A stretch of DNA of 64,000 nt, taken from NCBI GenBank assembly GCA_051439465.1, contig JBFRWF010000101.1:12448-76447 (forward strand). Direction: 5' to 3'. The notes beneath the pieces were generated by a model. The model was not told the DNA's origin. It worked only from the letters and a program-made list of their open reading frames with translations, and did not search any database. Position numbers and translations under genes: made by a program. Positions 47,894-56,963 of this stretch are shown here, one piece after another (position 1 is the stretch's first letter; each line of letters starts with the position of its first letter). The DNA is from Xenococcaceae cyanobacterium. GTDB taxonomy: Bacteria > Cyanobacteriota > Cyanobacteriia > Cyanobacteriales > JBFRWF01.

Positions 47894-50800
47894 ATGATCA
47901 CCATTGCTGGCTACCAGATCGCTGCCCAAATCTACGAAAGTGCCAATTCCTTAGTTTACCGAGGATACCGAGAACAGGACAATCGACCTGTGATTCTCAA
48001 GGTTCTCAGAGAAGACTATCCTACCCCCACGGAACTGACTCAATATAAACAGGAATATGAAATTACCCACAACCTGAACCTAGAGGGTGTTGTCAAGGCT
48101 TATAGCTTAGAAAAATATCAGAATACCCTGGTGATTATCTTCGAGGATTTTGGCGGCCAATCCTTGAATATATTGCTTAATCAGCAAAAGTTCACACTCC
48201 AAGAATTTCTCCACATTGGCATCAAAATTGCGGAGGGTTTAAGCTCCCTTCACGCCGCCAACATTATCCACAAGGATATTAACCCATCCAATATAGTTTT
48301 TAACCCAGCCGCCGACCAGCTCAAACTCATCGATTTTGGTATCTCCACCGTCTTGACGCGAGAAAGTCCCACCCTCAAAAATCCCAATGTTTTAGAAGGA
48401 ACTCTTGCCTACATTTCCCCAGAGCAAACCGGGAGGATTAATCGCTCGCTGGATTACCGCACTGATTTTTACTCCCTCGGTGTCACCTTTTATGAACTGC
48501 TGACTCATCAACTTCCCTTTGAAACCACCGACCCCTTGGAGTTGGTGCATTGTCATATTGCCAAACAGCCGGTTCCACCCCATCTAGTAAAAGGAGAACA
48601 AAACTGCCCCAAAGCAGTTTCAGATATTGTCATGAAACTGATGGCCAAAACCGCTGAAGAAAGGTATCAAAGTCCCTGGGGAATGAAAGCAGATTTAGAA
48701 AAATGTATGGCTCAGTTACAATCTCAGGGCAAAATATTAGAATTCTCCCTCGCTTCTCAAGATATTGCTGACAAATTTCAAATTCCGCAAAAACTTTATG
48801 GTAGAGAGGGAGAAGTTGCAACTTTGTTAGCTGCTTTTGAACGGGTAGCAGTAGGGGAAAAGGGAGAGAGGGGGAGAGGGGGAGAGGGGGAGAGGGGGAG
48901 ACGGGGAGAGGGGGAGACGGGGAGACAAGGGGACGAGGGGACAAGGGGACAAGGAGACTTAGGGGAGAAGAAAGAGAAATCTAGAATCCACAATCCATCT
49001 GCGCTTTACTCGGCGACGGAGTCTAAATCCAAAATCGAGATGATGTTGGTGTCGGGTTATGCGGGTATCGGTAAGTCAGCACTGGTTAAAGAAATTTATA
49101 AGCCCATCACCCAAAGTCGAGGTTATTTTATTTCCGGTAAATTTGACCAGTATCAGCGTGATATTCCCTATTATGCAGTAATTCAAGCTTTCACTGAATT
49201 AGTCAAGCAACTGTTAACGGAAACCGAAGCACAACTTAAAGGGTGGCGAAAGAAATTAGAAGCTGCTGTTGGTGCCAATGGTCAGCTGATTATTGATGTG
49301 ATTCCAGAAGTAGAACTAATTGTCGGTAAACAACCAGCAGTACCGGAAATCCCAGCAGCGGAATCTCAAAATCGCTTTAATCTAGTGTTTCAAAACTTCA
49401 TTAGGGTGTTTACTCAGCCAGAACATCCCCTAGTAATGTTTCTGGACGATTTACAGTGGGCGGATGCTGCTAGCTTGAAGCTAATGCAACTGCTGATGAC
49501 GGCACCCGATCTCGGCTATCTCTTTTTGATTGGAGCATATAGAGATAACGAAGTAAGTGGAGCTCATTCCTTAATGCTAACTATAGATGCAATTAGACAA
49601 GCTGGGACAATTGTCAATCAAATCTACCTGTCACCTTTGAACTGCTCTGTCGTTACTGAGTTAATTGCAGATACCCTCAAAGTGCGGTCAAAAGTTAAGC
49701 CTCTGGCAGAATTAGTGTTGACAAAAACCAATGGTAATCCTTTCTTTGTGAGAGAGTTTTTTAAATCGATCTATGCAGAAAAGTTGTTGCAGTTTGACCA
49801 CAAAAACCTCAGTTGGCAGTGGGATTTGGGGCTAATTAAAGCAAGGGAGATTACTAATAATGTAGTTGAACTGATGGCAGATAAAATTCAAAAGTTGCCA
49901 GATAACGCACAACAGATATTAAAGCTGGCAGCAATAATTGGCAATCAGTTTGAGCTTGAAACCTTGGCAATTGTTTCAAAAAAATCACCCAGAGAAGCTG
50001 TACTATCTCTGCACGAGGCAATGGCAGAAGGTCTAGTTTTACCCAAAGGCGATGCCTACAAGTCAATTGAGCTAGATGTGCCACAGCTAGCAGGAGGGTT
50101 AACAGTTGAATACCAGTTTGTACATGATCGGATTCAACAAGCAGCATATTCCCTTATTCCTGAAGTAGAAAGGCGAAGGGTGCAGCAACAAGTGGGACAA
50201 CTGATGTTGCACAATACTCCATCGTACCAGCTAGAAGAGAAAATCTTTGATATCGTCAACCAACTGAACTTTGGCTCTGAACTAATTAACTTTCAGTCAG
50301 AAAGGGATGAACTTGCTCAGCTAAATCTGATGGCAGGTAAGAAGGCAAGGGCATCTGCAGCCTATGAATCGGCTTTGAGATACTTGGAAATAGGTATCGA
50401 ACTATTAAGAGAAAATAGCTGGCAGACTCAGTATAATCTGACCTTAAAACTCTACGAGACAGCAGCAGAAGCAGCATATCTCAGTGGCGATTTTGAGCAG
50501 ATGGAGAGACTGGCACAGGTTGTACTGCAACAAGCTTCGACCCCACTAGACAAAGTCAAAGTCTATGAAGTCAAGATCCAAGCCTATATAGCACAGAATC
50601 AGCTTCTTTTAGCAATAAATACTGGCTTAGAATTGCTAAAGCTTTTGGGAGTAAATTTTCCTGCTGTGCCCAACAAACTGAATATTTTGCTGGAACTGGT
50701 CAAAACCAAGTTGGCTTTGGCCGGAAAAAAGATTGAACAATTAAAAAATTTGCCAATTATAGTCAACCCTTATAAAAAAGCAGCTATGTCTATCCTGTCA

Positions 50801-53626
50801 ATGATAGATTCTCCTTGCTATATAGCAGCTACTAATCTCTTACCGCTTGTTATATTTAAAAAGGTCAATTTATCAGTCAAATATGGAAATTCTTCTACCT
50901 CTGCCTTTGCCTACGCTGCTTATGGAGTAATTTTGTGCGGGCTACTAGGCGATATTGAGACTGGTTATCAATTTGGTCAACTGGCTCTAAGTTTGTTGTC
51001 GCGGTTCGATGCCCAAGCAATAAAATGTAAAACATCTTTCTCGGTTAATTCCTTTATCCGTATCTGGAAAGAACATGTTAGTTATACGTTGAAACCTTTG
51101 CTGGATGATTATCAGATTGGATTAGAAACAGGAGATTTTAATTATGCTGCTGGCTCCATACACACATACAGCCAGCATTTATATCAAATCGGTAAACAAC
51201 TGACAGTAGTGGAACGGGAGATGACCAGGGGAATTAAACAACATAGTCAACTCAATATTGTTGTTCACCAAAAAATATATCTGCAGGCAGTTTTGAACTT
51301 GATGGGTAATTCTGAGAATCCCTGCTATTTAATAGGTGAATATTACGATGAAGAAAAAATGCTGCCTTTGCATCAGCAATCTAATCATAAAACAGCAATT
51401 TTTATCGCATATTTTCAGAAACTAATTCTCTGTTATTTGTTTGAAGATTATCTGCAAGCTATGGAAAATGCCTCTCTAGTAGAAAACTATTTAGATGCTG
51501 CCCTTGCTTCCCTGAGCGTTGCTATATTTTTTTTCTACAGTTCTCTAGCCAAGCTAGCAGTATATACTCAAAGCAATAGAGCTACTCAAAAGCACCTTCT
51601 GAATCAGGTAAAAGCTAACCAGAAAAAGATGAAAAAATGGGCGCATTATGCCCCGATGAACTTTCTCCATAAATTCTATCTGGTAGAGGCAGAGCGGCAT
51701 CGAGTTCTCGGTCAATATACTGAGGCAATGGACAATTATGACCGTGCCATTTCCCTAGCTAACGAACATGAATATCTTAATGAAGAAGCCCTAGCTTACG
51801 AACTAGCAGCTAAGTTTTATTTGGCAAAAGGTAACAAGAAAGTGGCTGAAACTTATATGAAACAGGCTAGGTATTGTTATGTTAAGTGGGGTGCAACTGC
51901 CAAGGTTAAATATCTCGAACTCAAATATTCCCAATTACTCGCTACAGTTTCTAAGCCACCAATTATTTCAGAAATCAATAATGAAGAGGTTACTATCTCC
52001 AGCGAAACCAGTCAAGAAGTACTGGATTTAAAAACTTTGATTAAAACTTCTCAAGCTCTTTCTCAGGAAACAGATTTAGGGAAACTATTAGAGACCTTAA
52101 TGAAGTTTGTTATTGAAAATGCTGGAGCCCAAAAAGGCTTTCTGATTTTGTCAAAATCTGACCAACTCGCCATTGAAGCAGAGGGTAAGCTGGAGGGAGG
52201 CATAAAAATCTTGCAATCTTTTCCTGTACAAAAGAGCGACGATATTTCGCTTAAAATTGTTAATTCTGTTTACATAATCAAAGAAAATGTAGTTTTAAAT
52301 AATGCCTGTTTTGAAGGAATATTTGCTAGCGATAATTATATTATTAGCAATCAAATAAAGTCTGTTTTATGCTCACCAATTCTCAGTCAAGGAAAGCTAA
52401 TTGGCGTAATTTATTTAGAAAATAACTTGGTGGTTAATGCTTTTACTGATGATCGACTGGAAGTCTTGAAATTGATTTGTTCTCAAGCTGCAATTTCTAT
52501 AGAAAATGCACTCTTGCGTCAAAAAGAAGAAAATCAAGTCTTTGAATATCAAGTAGGAGGATCTTTAACTACAGATGCTCCTACTTATGTAGTCAGACAG
52601 GCAGACTTTGACTTCTATCAAAGCTTGAAATCGGGCAAGTTTTGTTATGTACTGAATTCCCGACACATGGGGAAATCTAGCTTGCGCGTGCGCACTATGA
52701 ACAGACTACAAGCAGACGGTATTGTCTGTGCATCTGTCGATCTCACCGCAATTGGTAGTAAAAATATTACTGTGGATCAGTGGTATGCAGGGATGATGTA
52801 TAGCTTGGTCAACAGCTTAAAGCTCTCTAAGAAATTTGACTTCCGAACCTGGTGGCGTACTCTGGATTTCTTATCTCCAGTGCAAAGATTTAGTGAGTTT
52901 ATCAATCAAGTTGTGCTTAGAGAAGTTGACGATAAAATTGTATTTTTTGTAGATGAAATTGATAGTACTCTGGGATTAAATTTTAATATGGATGACTTTT
53001 TTGCTGCCATTAGGTCTTGTTATAATAATCGCGCCGATTATTCAGAGTATAACCGGATTACCTTTGTCTTATTAGGGGTGGCAAGTCCGTCTAGTTTGGT
53101 GCGAGATAAAAACTGCACTCCCTTTAATATTGGAACTGCGATCGCCCTCTCAGGTTTTCAACTTCATGAGGTGCAACCTTTGGTTAAGGGACTAGCACCG
53201 AAATATAGTAATCCCCAAGCTTTACTTAAAGAAGTGTTAGCTTGGACAGGGGGTCAACCCTTTCTCACCCAAAAGATTTGTAACCTGATCTTGAATTCCC
53301 AGACTCCGATAACTGAAGGGAAGGAAGCGGAGTGGCTTGAGAACTTAGTCCGAACAGAGGTGATTGAAAATTGGGAATCTAAAGACGATCCAGAACATTT
53401 GAAAACGATTCGCAATCGCCTGCTTAGAAGTGAATCCACTTCTAGTCGCTTACTGGAGATGTATCAACAAATTTTGCAGAAGGGAGAAATATTAGCAGAT
53501 GATAGTCCAGAACAAATGGAGTTGCTCTTGTCTGGATTAGTATGTAAGCGGCAGAGTAAGCTCAAGGTCTATAATCGGATTTATGAAGCTGTCTTTGACT
53601 GCGGTTGGGTTGAGAGAACTCTCTGA
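47894..53626 (+). CDS. Ser/Thr kinase - AAA ATPase - helical repeats - GAF - AAA_35 multidomain protein
   Basis: IIHKDINPSN, IDFG; SGYAGIGKS, FLDDLQWAD; GAF KSVLCSPIL...IYLEN; then YQVGGSL, NSRHMGKSS, FVDEID. Confidence 0.9.
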   Translation: MITIAGYQIAAQIYESANSLVYRGYREQDNRPVILKVLREDYPTPTELTQYKQEYEITHNLNLEGVVKAYSLEKYQNTLVIIFEDFGGQSLNILLNQQKFTLQEFLHIGIKIAEGLSSLHAANIIHKDINPSNIVFNPAADQLKLIDFGISTVLTRESPTLKNPNVLEGTLAYISPEQTGRINRSLDYRTDFYSLGVTFYELLTHQLPFETTDPLELVHCHIAKQPVPPHLVKGEQNCPKAVSDIVMKLMAKTAEERYQSPWGMKADLEKCMAQLQSQGKILEFSLASQDIADKFQIPQKLYGREGEVATLLAAFERVAVGEKGERGRGGEGERGRRGEGETGRQGDEGTRGQGDLGEKKEKSRIHNPSALYSATESKSKIEMMLVSGYAGIGKSALVKEIYKPITQSRGYFISGKFDQYQRDIPYYAVIQAFTELVKQLLTETEAQLKGWRKKLEAAVGANGQLIIDVIPEVELIVGKQPAVPEIPAAESQNRFNLVFQNFIRVFTQPEHPLVMFLDDLQWADAASLKLMQLLMTAPDLGYLFLIGAYRDNEVSGAHSLMLTIDAIRQAGTIVNQIYLSPLNCSVVTELIADTLKVRSKVKPLAELVLTKTNGNPFFVREFFKSIYAEKLLQFDHKNLSWQWDLGLIKAREITNNVVELMADKIQKLPDNAQQILKLAAIIGNQFELETLAIVSKKSPREAVLSLHEAMAEGLVLPKGDAYKSIELDVPQLAGGLTVEYQFVHDRIQQAAYSLIPEVERRRVQQQVGQLMLHNTPSYQLEEKIFDIVNQLNFGSELINFQSERDELAQLNLMAGKKARASAAYESALRYLEIGIELLRENSWQTQYNLTLKLYETAAEAAYLSGDFEQMERLAQVVLQQASTPLDKVKVYEVKIQAYIAQNQLLLAINTGLELLKLLGVNFPAVPNKLNILLELVKTKLALAGKKIEQLKNLPIIVNPYKKAAMSILSMIDSPCYIAATNLLPLVIFKKVNLSVKYGNSSTSAFAYAAYGVILCGLLGDIETGYQFGQLALSLLSRFDAQAIKCKTSFSVNSFIRIWKEHVSYTLKPLLDDYQIGLETGDFNYAAGSIHTYSQHLYQIGKQLTVVEREMTRGIKQHSQLNIVVHQKIYLQAVLNLMGNSENPCYLIGEYYDEEKMLPLHQQSNHKTAIFIAYFQKLILCYLFEDYLQAMENASLVENYLDAALASLSVAIFFFYSSLAKLAVYTQSNRATQKHLLNQVKANQKKMKKWAHYAPMNFLHKFYLVEAERHRVLGQYTEAMDNYDRAISLANEHEYLNEEALAYELAAKFYLAKGNKKVAETYMKQARYCYVKWGATAKVKYLELKYSQLLATVSKPPIISEINNEEVTISSETSQEVLDLKTLIKTSQALSQETDLGKLLETLMKFVIENAGAQKGFLILSKSDQLAIEAEGKLEGGIKILQSFPVQKSDDISLKIVNSVYIIKENVVLNNACFEGIFASDNYIISNQIKSVLCSPILSQGKLIGVIYLENNLVVNAFTDDRLEVLKLICSQAAISIENALLRQKEENQVFEYQVGGSLTTDAPTYVVRQADFDFYQSLKSGKFCYVLNSRHMGKSSLRVRTMNRLQADGIVCASVDLTAIGSKNITVDQWYAGMMYSLVNSLKLSKKFDFRTWWRTLDFLSPVQRFSEFINQVVLREVDDKIVFFVDEIDSTLGLNFNMDDFFAAIRSCYNNRADYSEYNRITFVLLGVASPSSLVRDKNCTPFNIGTAIALSGFQLHEVQPLVKGLAPKYSNPQALLKEVLAWTGGQPFLTQKICNLILNSQTPITEGKEAEWLENLVRTEVIENWESKDDPEHLKTIRNRLLRSESTSSRLLEMYQQILQKGEILADDSPEQMELLLSGLVCKRQSKLKVYNRIYEAVFDCGWVERTL

Positions 53627-53708
53627 CTTTTCAGTTATGAGGTTATTAACAAAGAGATAAAGAGGGGATAGTGTTGGGTTTTGTTCTTCCATAAGAGCGG
53701 CGATTGCA

Positions 53709-54050
53709 CTAAGCAACAGCAAAATCTGTGTATTGTCGCATTTTTGGTTCATGAAAGGCTAAGACAATATCTTCTTTGGTAACTCCAGCACGGACGAGAT
53801 CGTTCGCAATTCCTTCTTCTGTCCAGTCTTCCTCAATCCAGAATTTTCCTTCTCGAAGACGAACATAAACGGTCATTCCCGTAATTCTTTCTCCTTTTTG
53901 CCATCCTAAATTCATCCAAATATAGTGGCCATTTGCTTCATCGGTAATCAGAAAGCTCTCAATCGCTTCATTAGGACGTTTTTTACATAATTCGACATAT
54001 TCAGTTAAAATCTGTTGAATAATTTTGGGGTATTGGGCTAATTTATCCAT
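53709..54050 (-). CDS. xisI: XisI family protein
   Basis: GKFWIEEDWTEEGIANDLVRAGVTKEDIVLAFH. Confidence 0.9.
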   Translation of the reverse strand: MDKLAQYPKIIQQILTEYVELCKKRPNEAIESFLITDEANGHYIWMNLGWQKGERITGMTVYVRLREGKFWIEEDWTEEGIANDLVRAGVTKEDIVLAFHEPKMRQYTDFAVA

Positions 54051-54122
54051 TGTCTTACCTCTTCTAACTCAGTATCTACAACGATTAAGGGAAGCTGATG
54101 TCTATTGACGATTAATTGAATC
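54038..54122 (-). pseudogene. xisH: XisH C-terminal remnant
   Basis: Hand translation IQLIVNRHQLPLIVVDTELEEVRQWIN*, overlapping the xisI start. Confidence 0.7.
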
Positions 54123-54230
54123 ACATCTGATGTGAATCGGCTGGGCGCAACAGGCAACAGCAAGGGATTGAAGCTCTTTACACTTCTTAACATAGTGTTG
54201 TTTATTTATGTCCGACTACTTAGTCACCAG

Positions 54231-55685
54231 TCACCTTGAAACACCTTCTAAGCGATCGCGGAAATACTGCTGGTATAATTCACAACGGAGTGTTACCTCA
54301 TTTCCCTTCAAATGCACCAACCCCATGCTATGTAACTTAAACACCTCCAGGGACTCCAACTGCACTGGAGAGCTAGCCTCGAGGGCCATTTTCAGAGCCT
54401 CAGATAGATTTGACTGTTGTTGGAGATTCCATAAATGCCTGCGCAGATGATCGCTGAATGGTCCTGCTTCTGTGGGCGCCTGGTGCAATAGTTCCTCAAG
54501 AGTCATGTCGTGTCGAGCAAGATGATAAAGTGCCAAGCGTACTAGATAAGGGTGTCCCCCAACCATTCCCATCAGTTGCTCAACCTGGGTAGGATTCCAG
54601 TAGAGTCCATGTCGGTGGGCTAAATCTTGCACCTGAGATGGGGTAAATTCTGGCAACTCAATGGAGAGCCCAACATTAAACGGGGATTGATTAATATTGA
54701 GGGGAATATAAACTTCCGTAGAGTGTACCAGTAGTAATCGGAGTTTTTGCCACACTTCACTATCCTTGGCTTCCTCATGCCAAGAACGCAGGAGAGCAAA
54801 AAAGTCATCTGCCAGGAAAGGATGTGGGAAAATATAGTTTACCTCTTCCAACGCCAGCACCAGAGGTTCGTCTAGTTGTGCCAGCAGATAATTCTCAAAG
54901 TAATCCTTGCAGCTTGTTTTAGAGCCAAAAATGTCATCCCAATAGTCCGCTGTCTGATTGGGCAATTGCAATCCCCGACTTACCCTAGCGCAAAACCATT
55001 TGAGAAATAGATCTAAGTCTTGGAAAATTTGGTTATCTGCTAGCTGAAAGTTCAAAGTCACTGTGGGATAACCTTGTTGAGCTGCGTGATGGAGAATTCT
55101 CGCCATCAGGGAAGATTTGCCCATCTGTCGGGGAGCTTTGATCCGGATCAGTGACCCCGGCTTCAAAATGGTCTGGCAGGAACGAGATTCAATGGGAGGG
55201 CGCTCGATATAAAATTTAGAACCCAGTTTAACTTGCCCCTCTGGTAACTCTAGGTCGGCAACAGGGGATGGAGGAGCAGGCTTGTTTCCCGTACCTTCTG
55301 TGCTTGGTACTGTTTTCTCTTGCTCCCCCCCGACTGAAAGTGGGTTGGTCAAACCTGGGTCATCTTGCTCTTTTAGTTTGGCGGCTTTGACTTGTGCCAA
55401 TAGTGGTTGGACTGTACCAGAAGTGGAGTGGTTGATGCGCTCTAGAGCAGCTCGAAAAGTCTTCTTGCTGACCTTTTCTGCTAATCCTTGAGAAAGTAGC
55501 TCCCAGAGCGCAGCCCCAACCATCTTGACATGGGTCTCAGAGCAGTAGCAAGCTTCGGCAATTTCCTCATATTTTTGTCCTGACCAGGCCCCTCGAAAGA
55601 TAGCTGCTTGTAGGGTACTGAAGTGCTTGCCTGTCTTGGCAAAGACTAAAGCATCTGCCACAGCTAATGCTGCTTCGACTTCCAT
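54231..55685 (-). CDS. N-terminal HTH + AAA_35 ATPase, putative regulator
   Basis: LQAAIFRGAWSGQKYEEIAE...LWELLS (cyanobacterial HTH of NB-ARC-type regulators); FYIERPP, APRQMGKSS, LALEEVN. Confidence 0.85.
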   Translation of the reverse strand: MEVEAALAVADALVFAKTGKHFSTLQAAIFRGAWSGQKYEEIAEACYCSETHVKMVGAALWELLSQGLAEKVSKKTFRAALERINHSTSGTVQPLLAQVKAAKLKEQDDPGLTNPLSVGGEQEKTVPSTEGTGNKPAPPSPVADLELPEGQVKLGSKFYIERPPIESRSCQTILKPGSLIRIKAPRQMGKSSLMARILHHAAQQGYPTVTLNFQLADNQIFQDLDLFLKWFCARVSRGLQLPNQTADYWDDIFGSKTSCKDYFENYLLAQLDEPLVLALEEVNYIFPHPFLADDFFALLRSWHEEAKDSEVWQKLRLLLVHSTEVYIPLNINQSPFNVGLSIELPEFTPSQVQDLAHRHGLYWNPTQVEQLMGMVGGHPYLVRLALYHLARHDMTLEELLHQAPTEAGPFSDHLRRHLWNLQQQSNLSEALKMALEASSPVQLESLEVFKLHSMGLVHLKGNEVTLRCELYQQYFRDRLEGVSR

Positions 55686-55711
55686 AGATTATTACGCTCC
55701 ACAGCTTCACA

Positions 55712-55741
55712 GATTATACCTGATCATACTTAATCATACTT
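55712..55741. promoter_or_regulatory. Three 10-bp direct repeats in the divergent promoter region, candidate operator
   Basis: GATTATACCT GATCATACTT AATCATACTT. Confidence 0.45.
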
Positions 55742-55903
55742 TTGAAACTTTTTTCTTTCAACCTTGCCAATTATCTGGGTCAAATATCTTGTTCAAAATA
55801 CCTACTTTCTGCCAATTTTTCTGACTGAAAAATCTGAAATAGCAGTCTATTGTTGTTAATAACAACGTTGAACTGTAATTCATCGGGATTAAAGGAGGAA
55901 CTT

Positions 55904-56047
55904 ATGGCTAAACAAAAGCCAGAGAAGTTCACTGCTACTGCTACACCAGAAAAACCCCGCCAACAGAAGCCCTTTGTCCAAGCCGAAGGGGAACTGACTG
56001 AAGCACAATTGGAAGCGATCGCCGGAGGCGGACTTGGTTTCAACTAA
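55904..56047 (+). CDS. 47-aa RiPP-type precursor-like peptide with double-glycine leader
   Basis: AAAGGAGG RBS; MAKQKPEKFTATATPEKPRQQKPFVQAEGELTEAQLEAIAGG|GLGFN. Confidence 0.75.
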   Translation: MAKQKPEKFTATATPEKPRQQKPFVQAEGELTEAQLEAIAGGGLGFN

Positions 56048-56076
56048 TCCACAATTGAGACTCAAAGGAGGAACTT

Positions 56077-56880
56077 ATGGCTCAACAAAAGCGAGAAAAG
56101 TTCACTGCTAGAGTCTTCAACTCTAGCTCTTGGGTGACCTGTCCCAGGCATAATCCTCAGGCTAAAATGCGACTGTTCTGTTTCCCCTATGCTGGTGGGA
56201 GAGCCTTAATTTTTCGCCCATGGTTCGAGCAGTTACCCCCGACAGTTGAGGTTTGTCCACTCGAACTGCCTGGAAGAGGGAAACGGCTCAGGGAATCTCT
56301 CTTCACTCAACTCTCGCCTCTAGTTCGCGCCCTCGCCCCCGCTCTTCTTCCTTATCTAGACAAACCGTTTGCTTTCTTTGGTCATAGCATGGGTGGGTTA
56401 ATTAGCTTTGAACTTGCCTGTCTTCTGAGTAGAGAGTATGGTTTCAGTCCAGTTCATCTATTTGTGTCTGGTTGTCGCGCCCCGCAACTTCCTGCTAGAC
56501 AACCCTTGATCCATAGGTTACCAGAGCCATTATTTATGGAGCGATTGCGTTACCTGAGTGGGACTCCAGAAGGCGTGTTGGCAAATGATGAATTGAGGCA
56601 ATTGTTTTTACCGATTCTCAGAGCAGACTTTACCATTCTCGAAACTTACACCTATACCCCTGAATCTCGTCTCAATTGTCCGATCTCAGTATTTGGGGGC
56701 TTACAAGATCCGGAGGTCAGTTTTGATGAACTGGAAGCCTGGCGGGAGCAGACGAATACGGCTTTCTCACTTCAGATGCTCCCTGGCGATCATTTCTTCT
56801 TACACTCAGCCCAATCACAGATAATTCAGTACCTTGTCTCACATCTAGATTGGATCGTTCGTGAGGTTATCGCTAGTTAG
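56077..56880 (+). CDS. Type II thioesterase with precursor-like N-terminal 11 aa
   Basis: RLFCFPYAGG, GHSMG, GDHFFL; begins MAQQKREKFTA. Confidence 0.92.
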   Translation: MAQQKREKFTARVFNSSSWVTCPRHNPQAKMRLFCFPYAGGRALIFRPWFEQLPPTVEVCPLELPGRGKRLRESLFTQLSPLVRALAPALLPYLDKPFAFFGHSMGGLISFELACLLSREYGFSPVHLFVSGCRAPQLPARQPLIHRLPEPLFMERLRYLSGTPEGVLANDELRQLFLPILRADFTILETYTYTPESRLNCPISVFGGLQDPEVSFDELEAWREQTNTAFSLQMLPGDHFFLHSAQSQIIQYLVSHLDWIVREVIAS

Positions 56881-56963
56881 TTAATTCGTCTGCCAAGAGA
56901 CGATTAATGGGCAATAACAAGATTTTTCCTAATCTGAGTTATTTAAGGAGCAGTTGAACAACA

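Noticed and set aside
53709-54122. Heterocyst fdxN excision element
   Set aside because: XisH/XisI homologues are widespread in cyanobacteria; xisH is a remnant and there is no xisF or nif context.
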